Source: Streptomyces sp. CNQ-509 (GTDB taxonomy: Bacteria; Actinomycetota; Actinomycetes; Streptomycetales; Streptomycetaceae). From it: a stretch of DNA of 32,000 bases. Positions 8,409 to 17,092 of this stretch are shown one piece after another. Position 1 is the first letter of the stretch. Each line of letters begins with the position of its first letter. The translations under genes were made by a program, and so were the position numbers. Location: positions 7,672,951 to 7,704,950 of the forward strand of contig NZ_CP011492.1 in assembly GCF_001011035.1 (NCBI RefSeq). Direction: 5' to 3'. The notes beneath the pieces were generated by a model. That model saw only the letters and a program-made list of their open reading frames with translations, had not been told where the DNA came from and did not search any database.

Positions 8409-9586
8409 ACGCTGACCGGCTGTTGCGGGAGACCCTGCACGATTGGGCCGAGGAGATACCGCCCCCGCCCGGCCCGGACCTGGCGGACCGGGCCCTGCTA
8501 CGGCGCCGCCGGCGCCGGGCGACCGCGGTGACGGTGACGGCCGCCGCCTTCGCGCTGCTGGTGGGCGGAGTGGCGGTGCCGGTGCTCGCGGAGACCGACC
8601 GGCCGGGCCGCCCGGAGCCGGAGCGAATGATCAACGACGACGTGTCCGCACACCCACGCGAGTCCCCGCCGCGCCGCCTGGTCGCCGCCGGGAACGTCGC
8701 GGTGTCCGCGTACCAGGCGGACCGGAGCACCGAGGAGCGGGACGGTGTCGAGCGGACGACGTACACCTGGCATCTGTACGACCCCGGGACGCAGCAGTAC
8801 GAGAAGACGCGCTGGGGCTGGCTGGACGTCGCCCCCGGAATGCGGCAGGCGGCGGTGCTGGAGAAGACACTGCCTGCGTCCCGGGTCGGGATCCTCGAGC
8901 TGGACACCGGAAAGGTGACGAAGTGGATCCCGTTGGAGCACGAGGCGGGCGGGGTGCAGTGGTCGCCGGACGGGAAGCGGCTGGTGGTGACCGCGTACCG
9001 CGGATACCCGGATGTCGAGACGGATGACCTGGATCGGTATACGTCGTCCCATGCGAGGACCGGCTATTACCTGGTCGACGTCGACTCGGGGCGGAAGGAG
9101 TACCGTCCGACGGGCGTCGACACGGACGGCAGGTCCGTCGGGGTCGGCCGTATGGACGTGCGGTGGAGCCGGGACGGCACATCGCTGAGGGTGCTGGGGG
9201 CGCCGGGCGGCGACACCATCGTGACCTGGTACGACCTGGAAGGCCGGGCGAGGAAGAAGGCGCCCCCGTACGAGGGACTGGACCAGGTGCATGCCGGCCT
9301 GTCCCCGGACGGCCGCCACTACACGGTGGGCGACGGATGGAGGGCGACCGTGAAGGAGACACGGACCGGCCGGACGGTCCCCGGGTCGAGCGGGAGCATG
9401 ACCCTCGCGTGGGCCGACAACGGGCGCCTGGTGCGCTGGGAATGCTCGCCGGATCGGAACTGCGTGCAGGGCATGGGCGAGCGGCTGGTCCTGACCGACC
9501 CAGCGGGGCGCGACAAGATCCCGCTCACAGGAGCCCGGTACGAGAACACCCCCCGGGACTGGGAACCGCTGATCACCCAGCGCTGA
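8405..9586 (+). CDS. Membrane-anchored beta-propeller/TolB-like protein, possible regulator of the upstream sigma factor
   Basis: MNADRLLRETLHDWAEEIPPPPGPDLADRALLRRRRRRATAVTVTAAAFALLVGGVAVPVLAETD: short cytoplasmic segment, one TM helix, then repeats of the type VQWSPDGKRLVVTAYRG / VRWSRDGTSLRVLG / AGLSPDGRHYTVGDG. ATG overlaps sigma stop (ATGA). Confidence 0.8.
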   Translation: MNADRLLRETLHDWAEEIPPPPGPDLADRALLRRRRRRATAVTVTAAAFALLVGGVAVPVLAETDRPGRPEPERMINDDVSAHPRESPPRRLVAAGNVAVSAYQADRSTEERDGVERTTYTWHLYDPGTQQYEKTRWGWLDVAPGMRQAAVLEKTLPASRVGILELDTGKVTKWIPLEHEAGGVQWSPDGKRLVVTAYRGYPDVETDDLDRYTSSHARTGYYLVDVDSGRKEYRPTGVDTDGRSVGVGRMDVRWSRDGTSLRVLGAPGGDTIVTWYDLEGRARKKAPPYEGLDQVHAGLSPDGRHYTVGDGWRATVKETRTGRTVPGSSGSMTLAWADNGRLVRWECSPDRNCVQGMGERLVLTDPAGRDKIPLTGARYENTPRDWEPLITQR

Positions 9587-9599
9587 CCCGGCCCGGCGC

Positions 9600-9942
9600 C
9601 CGCCGCGCAAACAGGCGAATTCCTCGGTCGGTGCCCACGCAACGCCAGTTGGCTCTTCTGTGCCGGCACTTCCGTTCCGGCGGCATGCAGCAGCGCGTCG
9701 TCCTGTGTCGCGCGCTGCTGCATGAGCGGCCGGTGCTGCTGCTTGACGAGCCGTTCGGCGATGTGGACCCGCCGGCGCGGGAGCTGAACCGCGTCAAGGG
9801 GGGACGGGCACGACCATCGTGCTGGTCGCCCACTCCATCGCGGGGGCCGTCCACCCCGGCACCCGGGCCGAGGTGAGGAGCGCCCGCCCCGGCCTGGTCA
9901 TCCGGTCACTCCCCTACCGCACGGTCACGCCTTGGAGGATCG
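9600..9942 (+). pseudogene. Relic of a nitrate/sulfonate-type ABC transporter ATP-binding protein
   Basis: FRSGGMQQRVVLCRALLHERPVLLLDEPFGDVDPPARE (signature plus Walker B) followed in another frame by GTTIVLVAHSIAGAVHPG...RPGLVIRSLPY; no Walker A. Confidence 0.7.
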
Positions 9943-10758
9943 TTACGGCCAGATCGAGTCGACCCACTCCGGGTGGTCGATGAACGGGTTCCGGTTGTGC
10001 TGGATCTGGTCGAAGATCACCTGGTTGCGGTTCTTCTCGAAATCGCTCGGCGGGTCCTGGTCGTTCCACTCCTTGAGGACCGAGAGCTTGCCGATGGCGG
10101 GCGACGAGCCGTTGTTGACCTGGTCGTTGGGCTCCAGGTCGGCGAAGCCGTCGTTGCCTTCGTAGCGCACGGCCATGTAGAGGATCATGCGGGCGACATC
10201 GCCCTTGACGTCGTCGCGGGGCTCGAAGGAGTCGTCGTCGGTGAAGCTCCCCGGGGCCTGGTCGACCGGGCTGCCGCCGTAGTCGAAGTCCTTGTTCCCG
10301 CGGGTGCTGTTGACCGTCACGTCTGTGGGGCGCAGGTGGTGCACATCGGTGCCCGGACCGGTCGAGGTACCGAAGTCGCCGTGGCTCTTGGCCCAGACGT
10401 GCTCGCGGTTCCAGTCGTCGGCGTTGCCGCCGTTGGAGTCCTTGCTCTGCGAGACACCGCTGTAGAGGAGGATGACGTTGTCCGGGTTCGCCGGGTCCTC
10501 GTCGGTCTCCATGAGCGCTTCCCAGACCTGGCTGTATGAGATCTTGGTCTGGTCGCTGATGATCGTGTGCAGGGCGCTCTTGAGCTCGTCGCCCTCCTTG
10601 CCGAGCGCGTCCTTGTAGTACGTGTCGTCGTACGCGACGACGGAGGACGTTGCGGGTTCGGCGGGCGTTGCCGCGACGGAGGGCAGGGTACCGGTGGCCG
10701 CCGCGGCCAGAGCCACGGCGGAGATCAGCGCGGTGCGCGGTATTCGGGACGTGTCCAC
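9943..10758 (-). CDS. Secreted endonuclease I family protein (about 271 aa)
   Basis: Signal peptide VDTSRIPRTALISAVALAAAATGTLPSVAA, then YSQVWEALMETDEDPANPDNVILLYSG...GNADDWNREHVWAKSHGDFGTSTGPGTDVHHLRPTDVTVNSTRGNKDFD: endonuclease I NREHVWAKS and HHLRP motifs. Confidence 0.9.
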   Translation of the reverse strand: MDTSRIPRTALISAVALAAAATGTLPSVAATPAEPATSSVVAYDDTYYKDALGKEGDELKSALHTIISDQTKISYSQVWEALMETDEDPANPDNVILLYSGVSQSKDSNGGNADDWNREHVWAKSHGDFGTSTGPGTDVHHLRPTDVTVNSTRGNKDFDYGGSPVDQAPGSFTDDDSFEPRDDVKGDVARMILYMAVRYEGNDGFADLEPNDQVNNGSSPAIGKLSVLKEWNDQDPPSDFEKNRNQVIFDQIQHNRNPFIDHPEWVDSIWP

Positions 10759-11141
10759 GGAAGAACCTCTCTCCGGGAGTCGGCACCTGCCGGTGCCGGG
10801 TGTGGGGGGTGGCGCGTGGGCCGGCCGGGTGCCGGACCTCCAACGAGCGTGACAGCACGCGCAGTTGGCTTCAAGTACGTACCCGCAGGTGGCCGCGCGT
10901 AGACCTGATTTCCCGTGCTGCCGCGGTGTCCGGCGCGGGCGGTGCTTTCGCGTTCGGCGGAGTTCAGCAGCCACCTTGCGCACCCCTCGACGGCGACTGC
11001 GGCCCACAGCGCGCAGGACGGCCGCCACCAGGCCAGGTACGTATACGACAGGAGCGTCGTCCCGTTCACAGATGTCTCTTGAGCGTTTAGAGTGACGCAC
11101 GCCCCCCTCAGCAGTGCCTTGTGACGCCTGAGGAGCAGTGA

Positions 11142-12335
11142 ATGTCTGCACGAAATTGGGTCGCCACCCTGGCGAGCGCCGCCCTGATCGCCGGCCTCTC
11201 CACCTTCGCCGCCAACGCCGCCGACAGTCCCGCCGCCGGCGCGATCCCGCCGGTGTCCCACTGCGGCACCGAGGCATCCGGTTCCGGCAACAACGGCTTC
11301 GTCGACTACCGGCAACTGACCGCCGCTCTCCGGTAACTGGAGACCAGCACCGGCGGCATCGTCGACGTGGAGGTGGCCGGGTACTCCAACCAGGGCCGCG
11401 CCATCCACACCGCGCGCGTCGGCGAGGGCGACAAGGTCGTGTACGTGCAGACGCAGATCCACGGCAACGAGATGCACGGCACCGAAGCGGCCCTGGAACT
11501 GCTCAAGCAGTGGGGCTCCAACAGCCCGGAGGCCAAGAAGCTGCGGGAGAAGGTCACCGTGGTGGTCGTCCCCCGGCTGAACGTCGACGGAGGCGAGCTC
11601 GACCAGCGGCAGAACGACATGACCTGGAACGAGGTCGTCGCCGACTTCCCGCAACTGGCGGGTGTGTCCCCGGCGTGGAACTACAACTCCCGGGTCGGCG
11701 GTTTCGACGTCAACCGTGACTTCAACCCGAACCTGGACTACGTTCCCGCCGCCGAGGACTTCCCGGGCAACAGCGCCGACACCGGCTGGTACATCACCCC
11801 CGAGGCGCAGACCTCCCGGAACGTCTACCGTTCGCTGGAGCAGGAGTTCGGCACGGTCGATTACTTCGTCGACCTGCACAACCAGTGGTCCTGCTACGCC
11901 ACCGAGGACATGGAGAGCATGTCGCCGCTGTCCATCTCGGCCAAGTTCATCGACAACCCGGCCGAGTTCGGCAACTGGCCCAAGTTCGACCTGGACGCCT
12001 CCAAGCGGGCCAACGTCGCCGTCTACGAGGCTCTCCAGGAGCGGGGCGAGTCTTCCTACGGCAAGCTGACCCTCTACCCCCAGTCCACCAACCTGCCGGG
12101 CACCGCGCTCGGTTCGTACCAGCTCCGCGGCTCCGCGGTGGTTCTCTTCGAGACGTCCTCGCAGACCCAGTACGACGGCATGAAGCGCAACGGCATGCTC
12201 GCCAAGATTGTCGAGACCGGACTCGGCGGCCTGGTCGACGCCGTCGCGGACGGCTCGGTGAACTCCCTCGACACGGGCGCCTACGACGCCATCCCGAACC
12301 GCGTCACGCTGCCTTCCGACGGCCCCCGCGCCTGA
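11142..12335 (+). pseudogene. Secreted M14-family zinc carboxypeptidase interrupted by a single in-frame TAA codon at 11334-11336
   Basis: MSARNWVATLASAALIAGLSTFAANAADS...FVDYRQLTAALR*LETSTGGIVDVEVAGYSNQGRAIHTARVGEGDKVVYVQTQIHGNEMHGTEAALELLKQWG...VVPRLNVDGGELDQRQN...DLHNQ. Both parts are in the same frame. Confidence 0.85.
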
Positions 12336-12370
12336 CGGAGGGACGGCCCGCCGGCATCGCCCGGTGCGCC

Positions 12371-12420
12371 GGTTCTCCCCTGGCTCCGCACCGGCACTTC
12401 GGTCCGGAGCCAGGGGAACC
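12371..12420. terminator. Strong bidirectional hairpin terminator between convergent genes
   Basis: Perfect 12-bp stem CCCCTGGCTCCG (12377-12388) / CGGAGCCAGGGG (12405-12416), extended outward by GGTT/AACC across a CT bulge. Confidence 0.8.
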
Positions 12421-12454
12421 ATCGCCCGCCGGGAGACGCCACACTGCGTTCTGC

Positions 12455-13286
12455 TCAGTCGCTCGCCCCGCTCCTCGCGTACGGCGTGGCCCTCCGCCCA
12501 AGGCGGCGGCGCCGGCGTACAGCGCCGGGTTCCGCAGTCGACGACGAGGGTCGCCGGCCACTGCGGGTCGTACTCGGTGCTCGCGGCCAGCCGGCGTGCC
12601 GCCTCCCGCTTGTTCGGGCCGTGTACGGCCATCACCGCGCGGCGGCTGTGCGCGACGTTGGTGCGTACGCCCACGGTCACGCCGTGCCGGGGCACCTCCG
12701 TCAGGTCGGAGAAGCCGGGGAAGGTGTTCATGTTGTCGGCGCGGGTGGTCTCGGCGAGCGCCGTGATCCGGCTGCCCGAGTCCGCCGCCGTGCCCGGCGG
12801 GTTGAACGCGACGTGCCCGTCGGACGCGCCCGAGGCCAGCAGGAACAGGTCCACCCCGCCGGCCTCCGCCAGCCTCGCGTCGTACGCGGCCGGCTCCTGC
12901 GGGGACGGGAACCACACCGCGTCGGCGGGCATCGAACGGCCGTGGCCGGCCGCCGCGTTGAGCGGTCCGGCGATCTCCTCGGCGGCGAAGCGGTGGCAAC
13001 TGAAGTGCGCGGCCTGGTCGACGTCCCGGAAGCCGCCGCCCGGCGCCGGCAGCACGTACTCGTCCATCATCGCGATCGCGACGTGGCGCAGGTCGGGTCC
13101 GCGGGCCGCGGTCAGCCGGGCCAGCGCCCGGTAGCCCGGGCGGGGGCTGCGACCGCCGGGGCACCCCAGCACGTAGCGGCGGCCGGCCTGCCCGGCGGCG
13201 GCGATGCCGCCGGCGATCTCGGCGGCGAGCGACGCGCCGAGGCCGTCGGGGGTGGCGAAGACGCGGAGGGCGAGGGGGGCAGGCAC
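12455..13286 (-). pseudogene. Glucosamine-6-phosphate deaminase / 6-phosphogluconolactonase-like protein, apparent C-terminal frameshift
   Basis: MPAPLALRVFATPDGLGASLAAEIAGGIAAA...YVLGCPGGRSPRP...IAMMDEYVLPAP...LFLLASGASDGHVAFNPPGTAADSGSRITALAETTRADNMNTFP...ATLVVDC then expected RNPALYAGAAAL is in the adjacent frame. GTG start at 13286. The 3' boundary is uncertain. Confidence 0.72.
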
Positions 13287-13290
13287 GAAG

Positions 13291-13440
13291 TCACTCCCTG
13301 ACGGCGCCCGCGAGCATGCCGCTGATCATGCGGCGCTGCAGGGCGAGGGAGGCGATGAGCACGGGCAGGGCGACCAGGACGGCCGCGGCGGCGGTGCCCC
13401 CCGGGTCGCTGTTGCGGCGGTTGCCCGAGAGTCCTCCTGC
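13291..13440 (-). pseudogene. C-terminal relic of a carbohydrate ABC transporter permease (MalG type)
   Basis: AAAAVLVALPVLIASLALQRRMISGMLAGAVRE* matches the usual C-terminus (VLPVLxxFLxLQRxxVxGxTAGAVK) of sugar permeases; no EAA motif or full membrane domain upstream. Confidence 0.65.
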
Positions 13441-13447
13441 TCCGGGC

Positions 13448-13818
13448 TCGGCATCGGCGAGCGGTACACCGCGCTCGGCGGCCCGGCCACCCCCGGAGCC
13501 CGGGAGGTGGCGCGCCTCGCGACCGCAGGCGACACCGCGGCCGGCCGGGTCCTCGACGGCGCCGGCGCCGCGCTCGGCACCGTACTCGCCATGGCGGTCC
13601 GGCTCCTCGAACCCGCCCGCGGTCGTCCTCGGCGGCGGCCTCGGCAGCGCACCGGGGCGGCTGCGCACCGCGCTGGACCACGCGTACCACCGCCGACCGC
13701 CGCCCGCCCCGGCCCCCGCCCCTGCTCACCGCGGCACTGGACCCGGACGCCGCGCTCATCGGCGCCGCCTGCCTGGCGGCGCTCCCCGTCGTGAGGCCGG
13801 GGACACCGGGCCGCTGAG
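13448..13818 (+). pseudogene. C-terminal relic of a ROK family sugar kinase, frameshifted
   Basis: AAGRVLDGAGAALGTVLAMAVRLLEP / PAVVLGGGLGSAPGRLRTALDHAY / LLTAALDPDAALIGAACLAALPVVRPG* in three frames resembles the ROK kinase C-terminal domain. Confidence 0.6.
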
Positions 13819-13933
13819 CCGCCCGCGCGACCGTGGCGATACCTGGGCACGGGCCCGGGTGGCGCCCCCGGATGTTTGATCGCATGCTGCAGGGAGACCC
13901 GGGTGCAGGAGTGATCGTCTTCCCGCGGAGGTG

Positions 13934-15259
13934 ACGGATCGCGTGCCGCGCGAACGGATCGTGGTCGTGGGAGCCGGTTTCGCCGGCTACCAGGCTGCTC
14001 GCACGCTGGCCCGGCGAGCGCCGGACGGCGCCGAGATCGTGCTCATCAACCCGAACGACTACTTCCTGTACGTTCCCATGCTGCCGTACGTCGCCACCGG
14101 TGTGCTCGAAGCACGCCACATCTGCGTCCCGCTGGCCCGGCTCCGGCCGCGCGTGCGGCTGGTGCTCGGCGAGGTGGACACCGTCGACCTCGCCGCCGGA
14201 CGGGTACTGTGGACCGGTCCCGAGGGCCACCGCGGCGAGACCCCGTTCGACCGGCTGGTGGTCACCGTCGGAAGCGTCAGCAAGCTGCTGCCCGTCCCTG
14301 GCGTCGCCGAGCACGCGCACGGCTTCCGCGGCATCCCCGAGGCGCTGTACCTGCGCGATCACGTCACCCGGCAGATCGAGCTGGCCGCAAGCACCAAGGA
14401 CGAGGAGGAGCGCGCGGCGCGCCGCACCTTCGTCGTCGTCGGCGCCGGCTACACGGGCACCGAGGTGGCGGCGCACGGCGCGCTGTTCACCAGGGCGCTG
14501 GACCGCCGCTACGACGCCCGGCGCGACGGCCCGCGCCCGCGCTGGATGCTGCTCGACATCGCCCCGCGCATCATGCCGGAGATGGACGAGCGGATGTCCC
14601 GCTCCGCCACCGACGTGCTGCGCCGGCGCGGCGTCGACGTGCGCACCGGCAGGTCGGTGAAGGAGGCGACGAGCGACGGTGTGCTCCTGGACGACGGCGA
14701 GTTCGTCGGTACCCGCTCGCTGATCTGGTGCGTGGGCGTGCGGCCGGACCCGCTGGTGGAGTCCGTGGGCCTGCCGCTGGAGAAGGGCCGGCTGGTCGTC
14801 GACGAGTTCCTGAACGTCCCCGGGCACCCCGAGGTGTACGCCTGCGGCGACGCCGCCGCCGTGCCGGACCCGGACAGGCCCGGCGAGTACACGACGATGA
14901 CCGCGCAGCACGCGATGCCCCAGGGCCGGCTCGCCGGCCGCAACGTCGCCGCCTCCCTCACCGGCGGCCGGCAGCAGCCCTACCGGCACCGTCCGCGCGG
15001 CTTCGCCGTCGACCTCGGTGGCGTCAACGCGGCCGCCGACCCCTTCGGCGTCCAGATCGCGGGCCCGCTCGCCGCCGCCCTCACCCGCGGCTACCACCTG
15101 CTGGCCATGCCCTCCGGGCGCGCCCGGGTCGCGGTCGACTGGACCATGGACGCCCTGCTGCCGCGGCAGGCGGTGCAACTCGGGCTCGTCGGCTCCTGGT
15201 CGGTACCCCTGGACACCGCCTCCCCGGAGACGCCGCGCATCCCCGACGGCCGGAAGTGA
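13934..15259 (+). CDS. NAD(P)/FAD-dependent oxidoreductase, type II NADH dehydrogenase-like
   Basis: RIVVVGAGFAGYQAARTLARRAPDGAEIVLINPNDYFLYVPMLPYVATGVLEARHI...RTFVVVGAGYTGTEVAAHGA...HPEVYACGDAAAVPDPDRPGEYTTMTAQHAMPQGRLAGRNVAASL; GTG start preceded by a GGAGG-like site. Confidence 0.88.
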   Translation, partial: TDRVPRERIVVVGAGFAGYQAARTLARRAPDGAEIVLINPNDYFLYVPMLPYVATGVLEARHICVPLARLRPRVRLVLGEVDTVDLAAGRVLWTGPEGHRGETPFDRLVVTVGSVSKLLPVPGVAEHAHGFRGIPEALYLRDHVTRQIELAASTKDEEERAARRTFVVVGAGYTGTEVAAHGALFTRALDRRYDARRDGPRPRWMLLDIAPRIMPEMDERMSRSATDVLRRRGVDVRTGRSVKEATSDGVLLDDGEFVGTRSLIWCVGVRPDPLVESVGLPLEKGRLVVDEFLNVPGHPEVYACGDAAAVPDPDRPGEYTTMTAQHAMPQGRLAGRNVAASLTGGRQQPYRHRPRGFAVDLGGVNAAADPFGVQIAGPLAAALTRGYHLLAMPSGRARVAVDWTMDALLPRQAVQLGLVGSWSVPLDTASPETPRIPDGRK

Positions 15260-15551
15260 ACCACGCCGGGCCGGACCTCGTCCCGCCCACCTCCGCGGTA
15301 GCGGCCGGACGGCGCCTGTCGCGCCCATGGCCGCCTGCGGCGGCCCTCCACCGTCGTCGCGGGGCCCGGCGCCGGAGCCGTCGGGGCGCGCCGACACACG
15401 CCCGGGTCCATAGGTCCCGGATCCGGGCTTTTTGTCTGTAATGTCCAGTGGTGAGCGTCGGTGCGCGTGGTGCGGTCACCGGGTTTCGCCCGGCGCAGCG
15501 CGGTACCCCAGCGCTGGGACCGACACCGGAGCGCGCCCCGGGAGGCGGCAT

Positions 15552-16100
15552 ATGGAACACCGGATCACCCTTCGGGTGGACGGCACGGAGAGGTCCGTGA
15601 CGGTCGACTCGCGCACCACGCTGCTCGACGCGCTGCGTGAGCGTCTGGGGGTGACCTCACCGAAGAAGGGCTGCGACCACGGCCAGTGCGGCTCCTGCAC
15701 GGTGCTGCTGGAGGGCCGCAGACAGCTCGCCTGCCTGACCTTCGCGGTCGCGCACGACGGTGACCGGGTGGTCACCGCCCAGGGTCTCGGCGAGGTGCGT
15801 GGCGACGGCGGACTGCACCCGGTGCAGCGGGCGTTCATCGAGCAGGACGGCTTCCAGTGCGGCTACTGCACCCCGGGCCAGGTCTGCTCCGCCGTCGGCA
15901 TGCTCGACGAGGCGGAGGCCGGCCACCCCAGCCACGTCACCCGGGACCTGATGCCGCCCGGTGCGCCGGACTCGCCCGTACCGCTGGACGACGAGGAGAT
16001 CCGCGAGCGGATGAGCGGCAATCTGTGCCGGTGCGGGGCGTACGTCAACATCGTCGCCGCGGTGCGCCAGACCGTGACGGCATCGCCGGGGGCGTCGTGA
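15552..16100 (+). CDS. (2Fe-2S)-binding small subunit of a molybdenum hydroxylase (YagT/PaoA-like)
   Basis: MEHRITLRVDGTERSVTVDSRTTLLDALRERLGVTSPKKGCDHGQCGSCTVLLEGRRQLACL...DGFQCGYCTPGQVCSA...GNLCRCGAYVNIVAAV; GGGAGG 7-8 nt upstream of ATG. Confidence 0.93.
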   Translation: MEHRITLRVDGTERSVTVDSRTTLLDALRERLGVTSPKKGCDHGQCGSCTVLLEGRRQLACLTFAVAHDGDRVVTAQGLGEVRGDGGLHPVQRAFIEQDGFQCGYCTPGQVCSAVGMLDEAEAGHPSHVTRDLMPPGAPDSPVPLDDEEIRERMSGNLCRCGAYVNIVAAVRQTVTASPGAS

Positions 16101-17092
16101 TCCCCTTCGAGTACCGCCGGGCCGCAGACGCCCGGGAGGCGGTGGCCACCGTCGCCGCCCGCCCGGACGCCGTGTTCCTCGGCGGCGGCACCAACCTGGT
16201 CGACCATATGAAGCTGGGCGTCGCCACGCCGGACATGCTCGTCGACGTGTCGCGGCTGCCCCTCACGGAGGTGGAGGAGACGCCCGGCGGCGGGCTGCGC
16301 ATCGGCGCGACGGTACGCAACAGCGACCTGGCCGCCCACCCCCTGGTACGGCAGCGGTACCCGGCGCTGGCCCGGGCGCTCCTCTCCGGCGCCTCCGGGC
16401 AACTGCGCAACGCTGCCACCACCGGCGGGAACCTGCTGCAGCGCACCCGCTGCCGCTACTTCCAGGACGTCACCACACCGTGCAACAAACGCGAGCCCGG
16501 CTCCGGCTGCGCCGCGATCGGCGGCTGGGACCGGCACCACGCGGTGCTCGGGGCCTCCGAACTCTGCATCGCCGTGCACCCCTCCGACATGGCGGTGGGC
16601 CTCGTCGCCCTGGACGCGACGGTGCATGTGCTGGGCCCCGACGGCGCCCGTACGCTGCCGCTCTCCGATCTCCACCGGCTGCCGGGAGACGCCCCGGAAC
16701 GGGACACGGTGCTGGCGCACGGTGAGCTGATCACCGCCGTCGAGCTGCCGCCGGCGAGCGGCATGACCCGGCGGTCGACGTACCGCAAGGTCCGGGAGCG
16801 CGCCAGCTACGCGTTCGCGCTGGTGTCGGTCGCCGCCGCGCTGGACCTGGACGACGGCGGTGTCGTACGGGACGCGCGGATCGCGCTCGGCGGCGTCGCC
16901 CACAAGCCGTGGCGCGCCGAGCGGGCGGAGGACGTGCTGCGCGGCGCTCCCGCGGCGGAGGAGTCCTTCCGCCTGGCCGCCGACGCCGAGCTGGCCGCCG
17001 CCGAGGTACGTGACGGCAACGCGTACAAGGTGCCGCTGGCGCGCAACACCATGGTCGCGGTCCTGCGCGACCTCACGGAGGCAAGGCGATGA
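16097..17092 (+). CDS. FAD-binding subunit of a molybdenum hydroxylase (YagS/PaoB-like)
   Basis: VIPFEYRRAADAREAVATVAARPDAVFLGGGTNLVDHMKLGVATPDMLVDVSRL...CRYFQDVTTPCNKREPGSGCAAIGGWDRHHAVLG; 4-bp overlap with preceding gene. Confidence 0.92.
   Translation: MIPFEYRRAADAREAVATVAARPDAVFLGGGTNLVDHMKLGVATPDMLVDVSRLPLTEVEETPGGGLRIGATVRNSDLAAHPLVRQRYPALARALLSGASGQLRNAATTGGNLLQRTRCRYFQDVTTPCNKREPGSGCAAIGGWDRHHAVLGASELCIAVHPSDMAVGLVALDATVHVLGPDGARTLPLSDLHRLPGDAPERDTVLAHGELITAVELPPASGMTRRSTYRKVRERASYAFALVSVAAALDLDDGGVVRDARIALGGVAHKPWRAERAEDVLRGAPAAEESFRLAADAELAAAEVRDGNAYKVPLARNTMVAVLRDLTEARR

Noticed and set aside
10725-11280. C-terminal half of the 853-aa minus-strand ORF and N-terminal part of the 444-aa minus-strand ORF
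   Set aside because: Open only because of high GC. The real NagB-like gene is proposed to end before the 12371-12420 terminator, and the endonuclease begins at its signal peptide (GTG 10758).
13112-15397. Minus-strand 761-aa ORF
   Set aside because: Shadow of the NADH dehydrogenase-like gene; Arg/Gly/Val-rich with no domain motifs.
15432-15551. Upstream in-frame extension MSVMSSGERRCAWCGHRVSPGAARYPSAGTDTGARPGRRH of the 2Fe-2S subunit
   Set aside because: It contains a CxxC pair that could suggest a zinc ribbon, but a strong GGGAGG site sits just before ATG 15552 and homologous subunits start there. Most likely untranslated leader or relic.
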